Under the pieces are notes generated by a model. It saw only the letters and a program-made list of their open reading frames with translations, searched no databases and was not told the DNA's origin. Shown piece by piece: positions 1-9,108 of a stretch of 64,000 nucleotides of DNA; within the stretch, counting starts at the first letter, position 1, and the number at the start of each line of letters is the position of its first letter. The stretch lies in assembly GCA_963666485.2 (NCBI GenBank), contig CAXXUO010000001.1, forward strand, positions 896,001 through 960,000, given 5' to 3'. This stretch comes from Syntrophorhabdaceae bacterium (GTDB lineage Bacteria; Desulfobacterota; Syntrophorhabdia; Syntrophorhabdales; Syntrophorhabdaceae). The translations under genes and the position numbers were made by a program.

Positions 1-1
1 A

Positions 2-874
2 ACTGTCCCCGTGGAAAACCTTCTCCTGGCACGCGAGGGATTCTGCCCTGATCTTTGCCAGGCGCTCACCTTCTTCGGGAATCCTGAAATTCTCATGATA
101 ATAATAAACCTGGCCGAAACCCGTCTCGGAAATCGACGATGATCCACTGACATTGAGGGAAGGACGTAAGTCGTTGTATTCCTTGACAAAAACCTTCCCG
201 GGAGAAAGCCTCTGCCGGCAGGCGAAATTACAGATCACCTCGTCGCTGTGGCTTTCAGCAAGGCCCGAGACGGGATGATACTGCAATGTTTTTCCTAGCG
301 GATGATCCGTATGGGCAATGGCGGTATTGGTAAATATGACCTTTTCCCTGTCTTCGCCCTGTTCGAAAAAATAGTAGATCCCCTCCCGCTCGAGCCAGCG
401 GGACAGAAAATCGAGGTGCGTTTCTGCATACTGGCAAATGTATTGCCGGGGATAATACTTGCCCTGCAGCCGGAACTCGAAATCAAGGGAAGACAGCCCT
501 CCGTCGTTCAATATGTCGGTCAGGAAACCGATGAGCGGCTTGTCCATGATCACCTGGTTATTCCGGATAAGCGACAGGCGCCATAGCCGGGGAACTAGCC
601 GGACCCGGTAGAAACCGACATTGTTCACGGCATGGAGCTGCTCGAATTCGACAGGCAGTCCATGGAACACGGCGTTCTTCCCCTCGTGGCGGTGGATCGT
701 CAGGTGTGCCGTCTCCCTGATGACGCTCTCCAGTGAAATATCGAGAACATCGGAAACAACAAGGATATCGAAGTCGTAGAGCCGTGATAGGCCCTCTGTG
801 CCCGTAAACCCGACAACCTCGAATGTCCCGGGCGGCAGTGCATCGGACGTGAAACTGAACAATCTCTCGCGCAT
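2..874 (-). CDS. vgrG: Type VI secretion spike protein VgrG/TssI, N-terminal part (runs off the left edge)
   Basis: Not in the ORF track. Manual translation from the ATG at 874 (RBS GGAGGAG) gives MRERLFSFTSDALPPGTFEVVGFTGTEGLSRLYDFDI...YRVRLVPRLWRLSL...YICQYAETHLDFLSRWLEREGIYYFFE, the typical VgrG N-terminal motifs (F.G.E.LS..Y, C.QY.E...F..R..E.EGI.Y.F). Confidence 0.93.
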   Translation of the reverse strand, partial: MRERLFSFTSDALPPGTFEVVGFTGTEGLSRLYDFDILVVSDVLDISLESVIRETAHLTIHRHEGKNAVFHGLPVEFEQLHAVNNVGFYRVRLVPRLWRLSLIRNNQVIMDKPLIGFLTDILNDGGLSSLDFEFRLQGKYYPRQYICQYAETHLDFLSRWLEREGIYYFFEQGEDREKVIFTNTAIAHTDHPLGKTLQYHPVSGLAESHSDEVICNFACRQRLSPGKVFVKEYNDLRPSLNVSGSSSISETGFGQVYYYHENFRIPEEGERLAKIRAESLACQEKVFHGDS

Positions 875-893
875 CTCCTCCACGTTATCCCCC

Positions 894-1538
894 CTATCCG
901 ATATCGATCCGTTCGCCGTCGATCGCCACCCTTTCTTTGGCATCGATCTTCACGCTGCGGCCCTTCAACGACAGGGCGTCGCGGACAAGGCACCGAAGCC
1001 GCCCGTAGCGCTCGTCTGCAAATTCTTCGATGCGGCTGTAACGGCGGCGAATGTTCTCCATGACGCGCCCCACGGATGAGTCGAGGGAACCGAGGACCGT
1101 GCGCACCCGTTCCACCTCGACACGGGCGGCCTTCCCCAGGAGCGACAGGGTGCCCGCTTCGATGTTTCCTTCGCCGGTTTTGAGAGAAAAGGACGGCGAT
1201 GAGATCCACGCCTTTTCGTCCGCCTCGACGGCAACATCTTTTCCCCCGACACTGGTCCGGCCGGACGACCTGACCGTCATGTCCCCGGCCACATCGAGGA
1301 TAGCCGCGCAATTACCCGCCCGCTCGAGAACGCTCAGTATGTACGCGCCGCCCGAATCTCCCTGGGCCACGAGCACGAGATCACCCTCCTCGGGCCGCAA
1401 GATACAGCCCGCAGCGCGCTGTGCCCCGATAAGACCGGCCGGCGTGACAACAGTAAAAATTCCTTGGTCCTCTTTCCCTGCTTTACCCGTGATGATCGTG
1501 CAAAGATCGCTCGTTAACGCTCTCGCCGCGGATTTCAT
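894..1538 (-). CDS. DUF3540-like T6SS accessory protein (TagC-like)
   Basis: 214 aa. Contains AQRAAGCILRPEEGDLVLV...AYILSVLER and the C-terminal KIDAKERVAIDGERIDIG. Lies between a pentapeptide gene and vgrG, the usual context for this family. Confidence 0.8.
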   Translation of the reverse strand: MKSAARALTSDLCTIITGKAGKEDQGIFTVVTPAGLIGAQRAAGCILRPEEGDLVLVAQGDSGGAYILSVLERAGNCAAILDVAGDMTVRSSGRTSVGGKDVAVEADEKAWISSPSFSLKTGEGNIEAGTLSLLGKAARVEVERVRTVLGSLDSSVGRVMENIRRRYSRIEEFADERYGRLRCLVRDALSLKGRSVKIDAKERVAIDGERIDIG

Positions 1539-1581
1539 CGATCTTCCTCCTTGTCGGTGTCCTGCCGCTTACATTGCACAA

Positions 1582-2637
1582 CTATACCGGCGGCCGCCAA
1601 TCCTCGGCCGCGGCAAGGTCGATATCGGTGCCCTTTGCGTCCCTGCGGTTTGCCCCGTTCCATTGGGTATTTGTCTCCCTGATCCTGTGCAGGTTCGCAT
1701 CCGTGAGTTTCGTATTGCTCATATCCGTTCCGTCAAGATTGGCATGGGACAGGTCGGCATATGTCAGGTTGGCAGACGCCAACGTCCCTTGAGAAAGGTC
1801 GGACCGCTCCATCATGGCGCGCCCAAGGTCCGAGAAGCGGAAATCGCACTGCACAAGCACAGCATCCGAGAAAGCGGCCATGGGGAATGAACTGTACCGG
1901 AAATTTGCCCCTTGAGCGCTCGCGCCGTTGAAGCGGGCCGCCTGGCCCTTTGCCCTTTCAAAGACTGCCCTGTCGAGCCGGGCAAAAGAAAGGTCGGCCT
2001 GAGGCAGATCGCAGCCCGCGAGATTGGCGCCTGTCAGGTCCGCCTTTTCCAGGTTGGTGAGGAAAAGGCTGCAATCCTGGAAAACCGCCTGTTTCAGGCT
2101 CGCCTCGCCGAGATACGCTCTTTCCATCTTTACTTTGTCGAAAATTGTTTTATCAAGCTGCGCACGAGGCATGTTTGCCCGGGTCAGGTCTGCTTCCGGC
2201 CACTTCACGCCGGTAAGCCTTGTCTGCTCGAGGGATGCCTTGAAAAGGACGGCCCCACTGAGGTCCGCGCCTGACAGATCGGCACGCGCAAGGTCCGCAC
2301 CTGACAGATCGGCCCTGGCAAGGGTCGCTTCGCGCAGATCTGCTCCGCGCAGGGCGCAATCCCTGAGGACCGCCTTTGCTGCATGCGCCTTGCCCAGAAC
2401 GGCGCCATCAAGCTGTGCTTCCACGAACCGCGCCGCTTCGAGGTCCGCCTCGGTGAAGTCGGCGCTATAAAAGACGCAGCGGGACAGGTCGGTATTTTTC
2501 AGGATGGCAGATACGAAAACGCATTTCTCGAAGATCATGCCGGAAAGGTCGAGGCCGGAAAGGTCCTTCCCGGAAAGGTCGAGGTTCTCGAGGATGCCTT
2601 TGTCATTACGGCTTAACAGGATCTCATCTCTGGTCAT
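1582..2637 (-). CDS. Pentapeptide repeat protein (T6SS-associated, TagB-like)
   Basis: 351 aa made almost entirely of A[DN]L[ST]x repeats (ADLSG ADLAR ADLSG...). Confidence 0.92.
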   Translation of the reverse strand: MTRDEILLSRNDKGILENLDLSGKDLSGLDLSGMIFEKCVFVSAILKNTDLSRCVFYSADFTEADLEAARFVEAQLDGAVLGKAHAAKAVLRDCALRGADLREATLARADLSGADLARADLSGADLSGAVLFKASLEQTRLTGVKWPEADLTRANMPRAQLDKTIFDKVKMERAYLGEASLKQAVFQDCSLFLTNLEKADLTGANLAGCDLPQADLSFARLDRAVFERAKGQAARFNGASAQGANFRYSSFPMAAFSDAVLVQCDFRFSDLGRAMMERSDLSQGTLASANLTYADLSHANLDGTDMSNTKLTDANLHRIRETNTQWNGANRRDAKGTDIDLAAAEDWRPPV

Positions 2638-2910
2638 GTTCCGTTATCCCCGGACCCTGAATGTGCCTCGCCCCAACATGTGCAGCGCGGCGTATCGTAA
2701 GGCTCTATTTTAATATCTGTGCGTCCGATTGCGGTAAAAGACCGGCTTGCAAAATGAGTGTAGCAAACGGCAGAAGATTTATCAAGGCGGTGCGGCGAGT
2801 TGCGGAAGATGCCTGCATCGATCCTCGATCCCGGCACCAAAGCAACCGGGACGGCGTGCGGGAGGCCTGTCTTCGAGGCAGCCCGTCAACGCGCTGCGGA
2901 CCCCGGCCGG

Positions 2911-3138
2911 TTACCGGATATACCCGCTGCCTTTCGGTTTCTTCGGCTGGCTGACCGGCGTCTCCTTCGGTACGGTTTCGCCCGGTTTCAGCGTGCTGTC
3001 GTCAGGACGGGGCTTTGACGGGGACGTCAGGGCGCGCTTGTCGCTATCCGTCAATTTCTGCTGATCGGCCTGTCCTGATACGGGAACACCTGCAAGAAAT
3101 ACAACCATTACGAGCACTGCACACCATGTGATCTTCAT
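2911..3138 (-). CDS. Small exported Pro/Lys-rich hypothetical protein (75 aa)
   Basis: Start MKITWCAVLVMVVFLAG has GGAG upstream; hydrophobic signal peptide followed by a low-complexity tail. Confidence 0.6.
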   Translation of the reverse strand: MKITWCAVLVMVVFLAGVPVSGQADQQKLTDSDKRALTSPSKPRPDDSTLKPGETVPKETPVSQPKKPKGSGYIR

Positions 3139-3236
3139 CTGCTCATCTCCTGTGCCTTTCATGTTAAACATAACGGGTAATAAAAGACCATGCCCCACTC
3201 TGTATAACGAGGATGAGGCATGGCCGATCGAGATCC

Positions 3237-3512
3237 TTACTTCTGGCCGTCTTTGTAGCCTTTCTTGTAGGCCTCGCGCTGGGTATCGTCCATATCTTTA
3301 TACCCGTCATCGCTGGGCTTGCCGCCCTTTCCCTTCTGGTAGCCCTGGGAGCGGGCCTTGCCCTTCTGATAGGCCTCATCCTGCTGCTTCTTTGTCTCCG
3401 ACCTGATCTCGGCGCCGGCCTGTGAGGATTTGCTCCCCAGCAATGCGTCGAGGCCCGGTGCGATTAAAGACAATGCAAATACACAGACTGCTATCACCAT
3501 GATCTTCTTCAT
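3237..3512 (-). CDS. Small exported protein with [AG]YxxG repeats (91 aa)
   Basis: Strong RBS AAGGAGGTG before MKKIMVIAVCVFALSLIA; repeats AYQKG, GYQKG, GYKD, AYKKG, GYKDG. Confidence 0.7.
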   Translation of the reverse strand: MKKIMVIAVCVFALSLIAPGLDALLGSKSSQAGAEIRSETKKQQDEAYQKGKARSQGYQKGKGGKPSDDGYKDMDDTQREAYKKGYKDGQK

Positions 3513-3586
3513 ACTGTCACCTCCTTTCCTAAATTTTCCTGCGGCCTGGCCGCAATGGTCAGCCATTGTATCACAAAAATCTATGC

Positions 3587-3622
3587 AAAAAAAGGGTGGA
3601 ATATTTTTCAATTCCACCCTTT
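3587..3622 (-). terminator. Rho-independent terminator after the thaumatin-like gene
   Basis: Minus strand reads AAAGGGTGGAAT-loop-ATTCCACCCTTTTTTT. Confidence 0.8.
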
Positions 3623-3643
3623 CTAATTACCGTTATCGTATGC

Positions 3644-4324
3644 TTACGGCTGGGGTGTGCATTTTTCCGTCTGCGGGACGATCATTATTGTTACATTGCC
3701 GTCCTTCTGGTTGGCGCCAAAGTTGATCTGGCACAACGGCTTCGGTCCAGCCGCGTGGCACTGGTCCGTCGGGTACGGCCCGCACTGCCTGACGCCGACC
3801 ATTCTCCAGCAATCGCTGCATCCATTCGGGAAAACGCCGAGGACCTTCTGGTTGCCCTTCAGCCCGCATGGCGGTCCGATTTTGAAGGAGGCGCTCTTGT
3901 TGCCGGTGTTGTCGTACTGGATAGCGATCTTTTCGTTGAATCCGTCGACGACGCTGATATCTACAGCTTCAGCCCCGGGGCCCGACTTGTTCAGGAAGAC
4001 CTCTCCAAGGGTCACACCGCAACCGGGTGCCTTGTTGAAGCCAACGCTCAATCCGATGATCTGGCCTTTCTGGCCTATCTGTTTCTGCTGGCCGGCGGGA
4101 AGATCGAAACCGCAGTTCAGGCCCCTCGGTTCTTCATTGAAGAATGTGCAGGGAAAACCTATGTTCTTCATGTTGACCTGCGAGTCTGCACCGAAAGCTA
4201 TATACACCTTTGCGGATGCGGTGGTCGTGTTCTTAATAAAAAGCGTTTTCTCGGCCGATGCCGGCAGTGCAACCAGCATTACCAGTGCAAGTACGAACAG
4301 TGCTGCAATAAACCCCTTCTTCAT
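3644..4324 (-). CDS. Exported Cys-rich thaumatin-like (PR-5/GH64-TLP superfamily) protein
   Basis: Signal peptide ending PASA. VTLGEVFL...AVDISVVDGFN resembles the thaumatin signature ATLAEFTL...YDVSLVDG[FY]N. Many cysteines. Confidence 0.6.
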   Translation of the reverse strand: MKKGFIAALFVLALVMLVALPASAEKTLFIKNTTTASAKVYIAFGADSQVNMKNIGFPCTFFNEEPRGLNCGFDLPAGQQKQIGQKGQIIGLSVGFNKAPGCGVTLGEVFLNKSGPGAEAVDISVVDGFNEKIAIQYDNTGNKSASFKIGPPCGLKGNQKVLGVFPNGCSDCWRMVGVRQCGPYPTDQCHAAGPKPLCQINFGANQKDGNVTIMIVPQTEKCTPQP

Positions 4325-4491
4325 TCCAGCCTCCTTTTGGATTTTTAATGTAGTACCAATCTAACAAATGGGTGATGTTTCTACAAGTGGTTTTTACAAC
4401 AAATAACATTGGATTACAAAATTAGTCCTTATTCAGTATGTATTTCAATCAAATAAATGACTTTCCCCTAATAGTAATGATGGGTGCTCTA

Positions 4492-6156
4492 TTAGAGCCT
4501 TTTCGACCGCATTATCCCTATAATGAGCCATACACCGAGGATGCTGGCGAGGAGGAAACCGACAAGACCGATGATGGGGTAATCGAAGAAAGTGGGGCCG
4601 ACCCGCGTCTGGAATATGAGGGATGAACCGACGATAAGCGCCGCAATGACCACGGCGAAACTGATACGGTTGCTTGACCTGTCGAGCTCGTCGACGAGAA
4701 GCTCAAGCCCCCGGTGCTCGAACAACATCGTAAATTTCCCCTTGCGGATTATGGCGAAGATCTCCTTGAGGTCCATCGGCAGGCCCTTGAGGAAATCGAG
4801 GGCCTCCGCCCCCGTCTTCCTCATTTCGTTCAACTGGCGCAGGGGATCATACCTCTTCCAGAGCAGGCGGCGGGCGTACGGCCGTGCGATCTCCAGTATG
4901 TTGAGATCGGGGTAAAGCGTCCTGCCGACGCCTTCGGTGATCATCAGGGCTTTGCCTATCATGGCAAAATTGCGGGGAAGGCGGAGCCTGTACCTTTGAA
5001 CAATGCCCATAAGCTCCCTGATCACGTCCCCGATCTCGATCTTGTTGAGCGGCAACCCGTAATAGCGCTCGATAATGTCACGCACGTCGATCTTGAAGCT
5101 CCGGACATCTTCGACATCTTCCGCCACGCCAAGCGTGCGCAGGTTCTTTACAAGACCGTCTACGTCCTTCTGCAGCAGCGAGAGAAATATGCCGCTCATC
5201 CGGTCAGCGACGTCTTCCTCGATCGTTCCGGTCATCCCGAAATCGACGGGTGCTATCACGTTGTTCTCGCACACGAAGATGTTGCCGGGATGGGGGTCTG
5301 CATGAAAGAAGCGGAGCTCGAACACCTCTTTCAGCGTAATATTTGCCCCGTTTACGGCAATGGCTTTTCTGTCGAGGCCCGCCGCGTCGAGGCGGGCGAC
5401 ATCCGTTATCTTGATGCCGTCGATGTATTCGATCGTCAAAACCTTCGGCGTTGTGAGTTCCCAGTATACTTTCGGAATGTATACGATGGGAGTGCCGGAA
5501 AAAAACTTCCGGAAACGGTCGATATTCTGTCCTTCCCTGACAAAATCGAGCTCGTGCCGTATTGTCCGGGCAAATTCATCTACGAGCCCTGAGGGCTCAT
5601 AAAGCCTGCTCTCCGGGATCCGCCGCTCCACGAGACTCGCAAATTCGCGAAGTATATGGATGTCGTTTTCAATGACCTTGTCGACCCCTATGCGCTGGAC
5701 CTTGACGGCCACATCCTCGCCCGACGGCAGCTTCGCCCTGTGCACCTGGGCAAGAGACGCCGCGGCACGGGGTTTTTCGTCAAGGGAGAGGAAAATGTCC
5801 GACACCGGACGCTTGAGTTGCGACTCGATCAATTTTTTGGCGTCCTCAAAGGGGAATTCCGGGACGTCATCCTGCAGTTTGGATAATTCCTGGATATATT
5901 CGGGCGGTATGATATCAGGGCGGCTGCTCAGGACCTGCCCGAACTTAATGAACGTCGGGCCCAGTTCCTCGAAGACGAGGCGCAGCCTCTCCGGGGCCGA
6001 CAAAACCCCCCGGGCCCGGGTTTCCCTGGCGAACCTGCGGCGGGGCACGCCGTGGTATCGTGCCTTGAGCCGATCGAGAAATTCGTGGAAACCATGGCGG
6101 GCAAGGACAGACGCTATGTGGCTGTATCGCCTGAGGTCCCGTTTTTTGAAAGGCAC
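4492..6156 (-). CDS. AarF/UbiB/ABC1 family atypical kinase
   Basis: LGPTFIKFGQ, AAASLAQVH, VAVKVQR, FFHADPHPGN and DFGM motifs; two C-terminal TM helices. Confidence 0.95.
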   Translation of the reverse strand: MPFKKRDLRRYSHIASVLARHGFHEFLDRLKARYHGVPRRRFARETRARGVLSAPERLRLVFEELGPTFIKFGQVLSSRPDIIPPEYIQELSKLQDDVPEFPFEDAKKLIESQLKRPVSDIFLSLDEKPRAAASLAQVHRAKLPSGEDVAVKVQRIGVDKVIENDIHILREFASLVERRIPESRLYEPSGLVDEFARTIRHELDFVREGQNIDRFRKFFSGTPIVYIPKVYWELTTPKVLTIEYIDGIKITDVARLDAAGLDRKAIAVNGANITLKEVFELRFFHADPHPGNIFVCENNVIAPVDFGMTGTIEEDVADRMSGIFLSLLQKDVDGLVKNLRTLGVAEDVEDVRSFKIDVRDIIERYYGLPLNKIEIGDVIRELMGIVQRYRLRLPRNFAMIGKALMITEGVGRTLYPDLNILEIARPYARRLLWKRYDPLRQLNEMRKTGAEALDFLKGLPMDLKEIFAIIRKGKFTMLFEHRGLELLVDELDRSSNRISFAVVIAALIVGSSLIFQTRVGPTFFDYPIIGLVGFLLASILGVWLIIGIMRSKRL

Positions 6157-6159
6157 GTT

Positions 6160-6477
6160 CTATGCGCCTGTTCCCGTCTTTTCCGTCGCGGCAAGGCGCG
6201 CCTCGATCCTTTTCAGCGTCTCACTCATGTCATCCCAGTCGCTTTTCGTCGGCAGGCCCATGCCCGCAATGGTCTTCCGGACGGTCTCGTTCACCCTGTC
6301 CTGAAATTCTTTCTGCTGCCTGTCCGCTTCCTTGAGCAATTTATCGACGGCCTTGTATCGCTCCGTGCTGGCAACCTCGCCCTTTTTGATAAGTTCGTCG
6401 ACAAGCGCCTCGGCCTTTTCCTGTGTCATGACGATAGCACCCAGGCCCAGGAAGATGGCCTTTTTCACGATGTCCAT
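6160..6477 (-). CDS. Phasin-family / PhaF-like small helical protein
   Basis: KKAIFLGLGA...T.EKAE..VDEL.KKGE...GLPTK.D...L..RIE pattern; commonly paired with AarF kinases. Confidence 0.8.
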   Translation of the reverse strand: MDIVKKAIFLGLGAIVMTQEKAEALVDELIKKGEVASTERYKAVDKLLKEADRQQKEFQDRVNETVRKTIAGMGLPTKSDWDDMSETLKRIEARLAATEKTGTGA

Positions 6478-6669
6478 GTTTCCCTCCTTTGTCGTTTCCT
6501 TGAAAAGCCTGAAAAACGCCGCAAGGATACCGTTCTCAGCCTAAGAGATATATAGGTCTGTGGTCCCATATTTTCAAGGCGCATAAATGAGGTCTTACGC
6601 TGGGAAACGGGAGGAATGTCGCTATGACAGAAGGTGTCCGAGGCCCGCCTGCCTCTATAACATCACGGG

Positions 6670-7839
6670 TTATTCCTGCATCTCTTTTTTTTCTGCAGCG
6701 GTCAGGATCTCTTCGATCTCTTTCGTGAGGTCCATCATCAGGATCTGGCTTTCACGGGTATATTCCGTGGTCCGGATCTCGCTGACCTTTTTCAGCGCCT
6801 CGATGATCCCCTCGGTCTTTGCCGCCTGCTTCCTGATCGTGTCGAGCGCGGCCTTCCTGTCCTCCTCGGACCCGGCCCGCTGGCTGCGCCGTGCCATCCC
6901 GCCGATCACCGTATTCGCGTTGAGAAGATAATGAGACAGGGTGACCATGAGCTGGCGCAGCGTTGTCAGCGCGATGGTCTTCCTTTCGTTCTCAAGTTCG
7001 ACGAGCCTCAGCCGGTGCTTTTCGAGCTCTATTCTTTCCGTGACATCCCTGCAGATGCCGGCGGTCGCCGGCGTGCCCTCGTATATGATGGACTTCACCT
7101 TGTTCTCGGAATACAGTTTCGATCCGTCCTTGCAGAGCCTCATGTAAACATACTGGTCCGGGGCATGCCCGGTCATCCGCTCTTCGTAGATCTTCGCCAG
7201 GTCCGGCCGGGACTCGGAGGCCACGAAATCCATGTACGGGCGGCCCATAACCTCCTCGACCGTGTACCCGTGCATGTCGCAGAACGCCTTGTTTGCGAAG
7301 ATCACCCGGCCCTTGCGGCTGACGAAGTACCCGTCGTTGATGTCCTCGATGAGCGTCCGGTACTTTGCCTCCGATTCGGCCAGTTCGCACGTCCTCTTCT
7401 CGACCGTTTCTTCGAGTTCCCGCGCATGGTCCCTGATCATTTTTTCATGGAGCGCCTCAAAATGCTCGCTGAACTTGCTGATCGAGTATGACAGGCACTC
7501 GTTCAGTTTTTCAAGCGACTCCCGGACCAAAGGAGGATCGAGCTCCTTGAGCAGGATGGGGACGGTAACGGTCCTGTAGAGTTCCCATGCGGCCTGTACC
7601 TCTGACAGGGTAAAGCCGACGTCAAGGCGCATTGCGGTGAACCTTTCGATAAAAATGTCCATATTGGACCGGTCATTTTCAATGACAAAAGAAAAGGTTG
7701 CATCGGTTGCCTGCGTTACATTGCCCCGCAACTCCTCAACGGGGCGCTGCGAATATCTTTCGCTCAGCGTGGGGATCCTGGCCACCCAGGCTTCGATTAT
7801 TGCATCGCGATGTTTCCTGAGAAGATGCTCGAGATCCAT
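6670..7839 (-). CDS. RsbRD-N-like + PAS + HisKA-like protein with no ATPase domain
   Basis: Likely start MDLEHLL (7839). N-terminal 'IIEAWV...' globin-like RsbRD-N region, PAS domain (FANKAFCDMHGY...RDVTER) and an H-box-like TLSHYLLNANTVIGG; ends with no N/G1/G2 boxes. Confidence 0.75.
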   Translation of the reverse strand: MDLEHLLRKHRDAIIEAWVARIPTLSERYSQRPVEELRGNVTQATDATFSFVIENDRSNMDIFIERFTAMRLDVGFTLSEVQAAWELYRTVTVPILLKELDPPLVRESLEKLNECLSYSISKFSEHFEALHEKMIRDHARELEETVEKRTCELAESEAKYRTLIEDINDGYFVSRKGRVIFANKAFCDMHGYTVEEVMGRPYMDFVASESRPDLAKIYEERMTGHAPDQYVYMRLCKDGSKLYSENKVKSIIYEGTPATAGICRDVTERIELEKHRLRLVELENERKTIALTTLRQLMVTLSHYLLNANTVIGGMARRSQRAGSEEDRKAALDTIRKQAAKTEGIIEALKKVSEIRTTEYTRESQILMMDLTKEIEEILTAAEKKEMQE

Positions 7840-8038
7840 TACTGCAAGCCTATATCCGAATCGGTGATCCGTCAAGAATATCCCGGTCTTCTGCTTGCAG
7901 CACTCACATCGTTTCTTCTGTGAGGGCATCGCAGGACACCTGTCTAAACCGGGTCAAATTATGCTAAGATATTGTGTCCGGCTGACAGGGCCCGCCGGTA
8001 TTACGGCAATGTTAGAGGGTTTGCGAGGAGATATCTCT

Positions 8039-8986
8039 ATGCATAAAAATCAGACGCCATGCGGCAAAGCCGCTTTAAGCATATTCCTGCGGTATGCCGG
8101 TTTTGTGCTGGCGTTATTTGGCATATTATCCTGTCTTTTCTGCACATCGGCCCGGGCAACCGATGAAGTTGAAAATCTGCGCCAGAAATTTACCATACTC
8201 AAGCCGCATCTCGAGAATAATCAGTTCAACCGCCAGCTGTACCTCAATTCCGTTGAGCTTGACTATTCGATCAGGGGGGACGTATATGCGGTCCTCGACT
8301 ATCCCGTTTCGGATGCAAGCAAGGCCCTGAGCGACCCCGAGAAGGGGCCGGCCAGCCTGTGCCAGATAATGATGCTCCATCCCAACACAAAATACTGCCG
8401 GGCAACCAACGGCAAGACCGGTAAAACGCTTCTCACCAAGATCGGGAAGAAAAATGAGCAGCCGCTGGAGGATGCCTGGGACATGGAGTTCACCTACCGG
8501 AACGAGACCACGCCCGGTACCGGGTATATGCGCATAGAGCTTAAGTCCGACGCCGGGCCCCTCAGTACAAGAGATTATCTCATCATGGTCAGAATGGTGG
8601 GCCTTGACGAAAATCGCAGCTTCCTTCACCTGTCGTATTCGCTCGGCTATGGCCTCGCGGCCCGTACGGCGATGAAGGTCTACCTTGCCACCATAGGGAG
8701 GGACAAGGTGGGTTTCACCCGGCTCGACAATCCCCCCGCCGCCGATCCCCGCTATATTCGTGGCTTACGGGGAGTCGTCGAGCGCAATACGATGCGTTAC
8801 TACCTGGCGATCGAGGCCTTTTTGAACTCCACGTACCTCCCCGCTGACCAGCAGCTCAACCGCAGGCTCACCCGGTGGTTCGACGCCACGGAAAAATACA
8901 CGCGGCAGCTGCACGAGGTTGAACGGCAGGACTACCTGAAGATGAAACGCGACGAGCACCAACGGCTTCAAAATCCCCAAAACTGA
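8039..8986 (+). CDS. Exported hypothetical protein (possible START/SRPBCC-like fold)
   Basis: RBS GAGGAG before MHKNQ; hydrophobic segment ending SARA. The fold assignment is a weak impression only. Confidence 0.65.
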   Translation: MHKNQTPCGKAALSIFLRYAGFVLALFGILSCLFCTSARATDEVENLRQKFTILKPHLENNQFNRQLYLNSVELDYSIRGDVYAVLDYPVSDASKALSDPEKGPASLCQIMMLHPNTKYCRATNGKTGKTLLTKIGKKNEQPLEDAWDMEFTYRNETTPGTGYMRIELKSDAGPLSTRDYLIMVRMVGLDENRSFLHLSYSLGYGLAARTAMKVYLATIGRDKVGFTRLDNPPAADPRYIRGLRGVVERNTMRYYLAIEAFLNSTYLPADQQLNRRLTRWFDATEKYTRQLHEVERQDYLKMKRDEHQRLQNPQN

Positions 8987-9108
8987 TGTTTTTTGAGAGA
9001 ATGGCGAAAAATAGCGATGGAATACCGGCAATTATTGAACAATTGCCTTTTCGTGTGATATATAAAAAAACAGGGAATCAAATATAATAACGAGGGGAGA
9101 GACGGCTC

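Noticed and set aside
2760..2910. c-di-GMP riboswitch upstream of the pentapeptide gene
   Set aside because: Only a partial AAAGC...GGG resemblance, on the wrong strand, with no GAAA tetraloop/receptor architecture.
4492..6477. Ubiquinone or PHA biosynthesis locus
   Set aside because: The AarF kinase + phasin-like pair is common, and no other ubi or pha genes are in the window.
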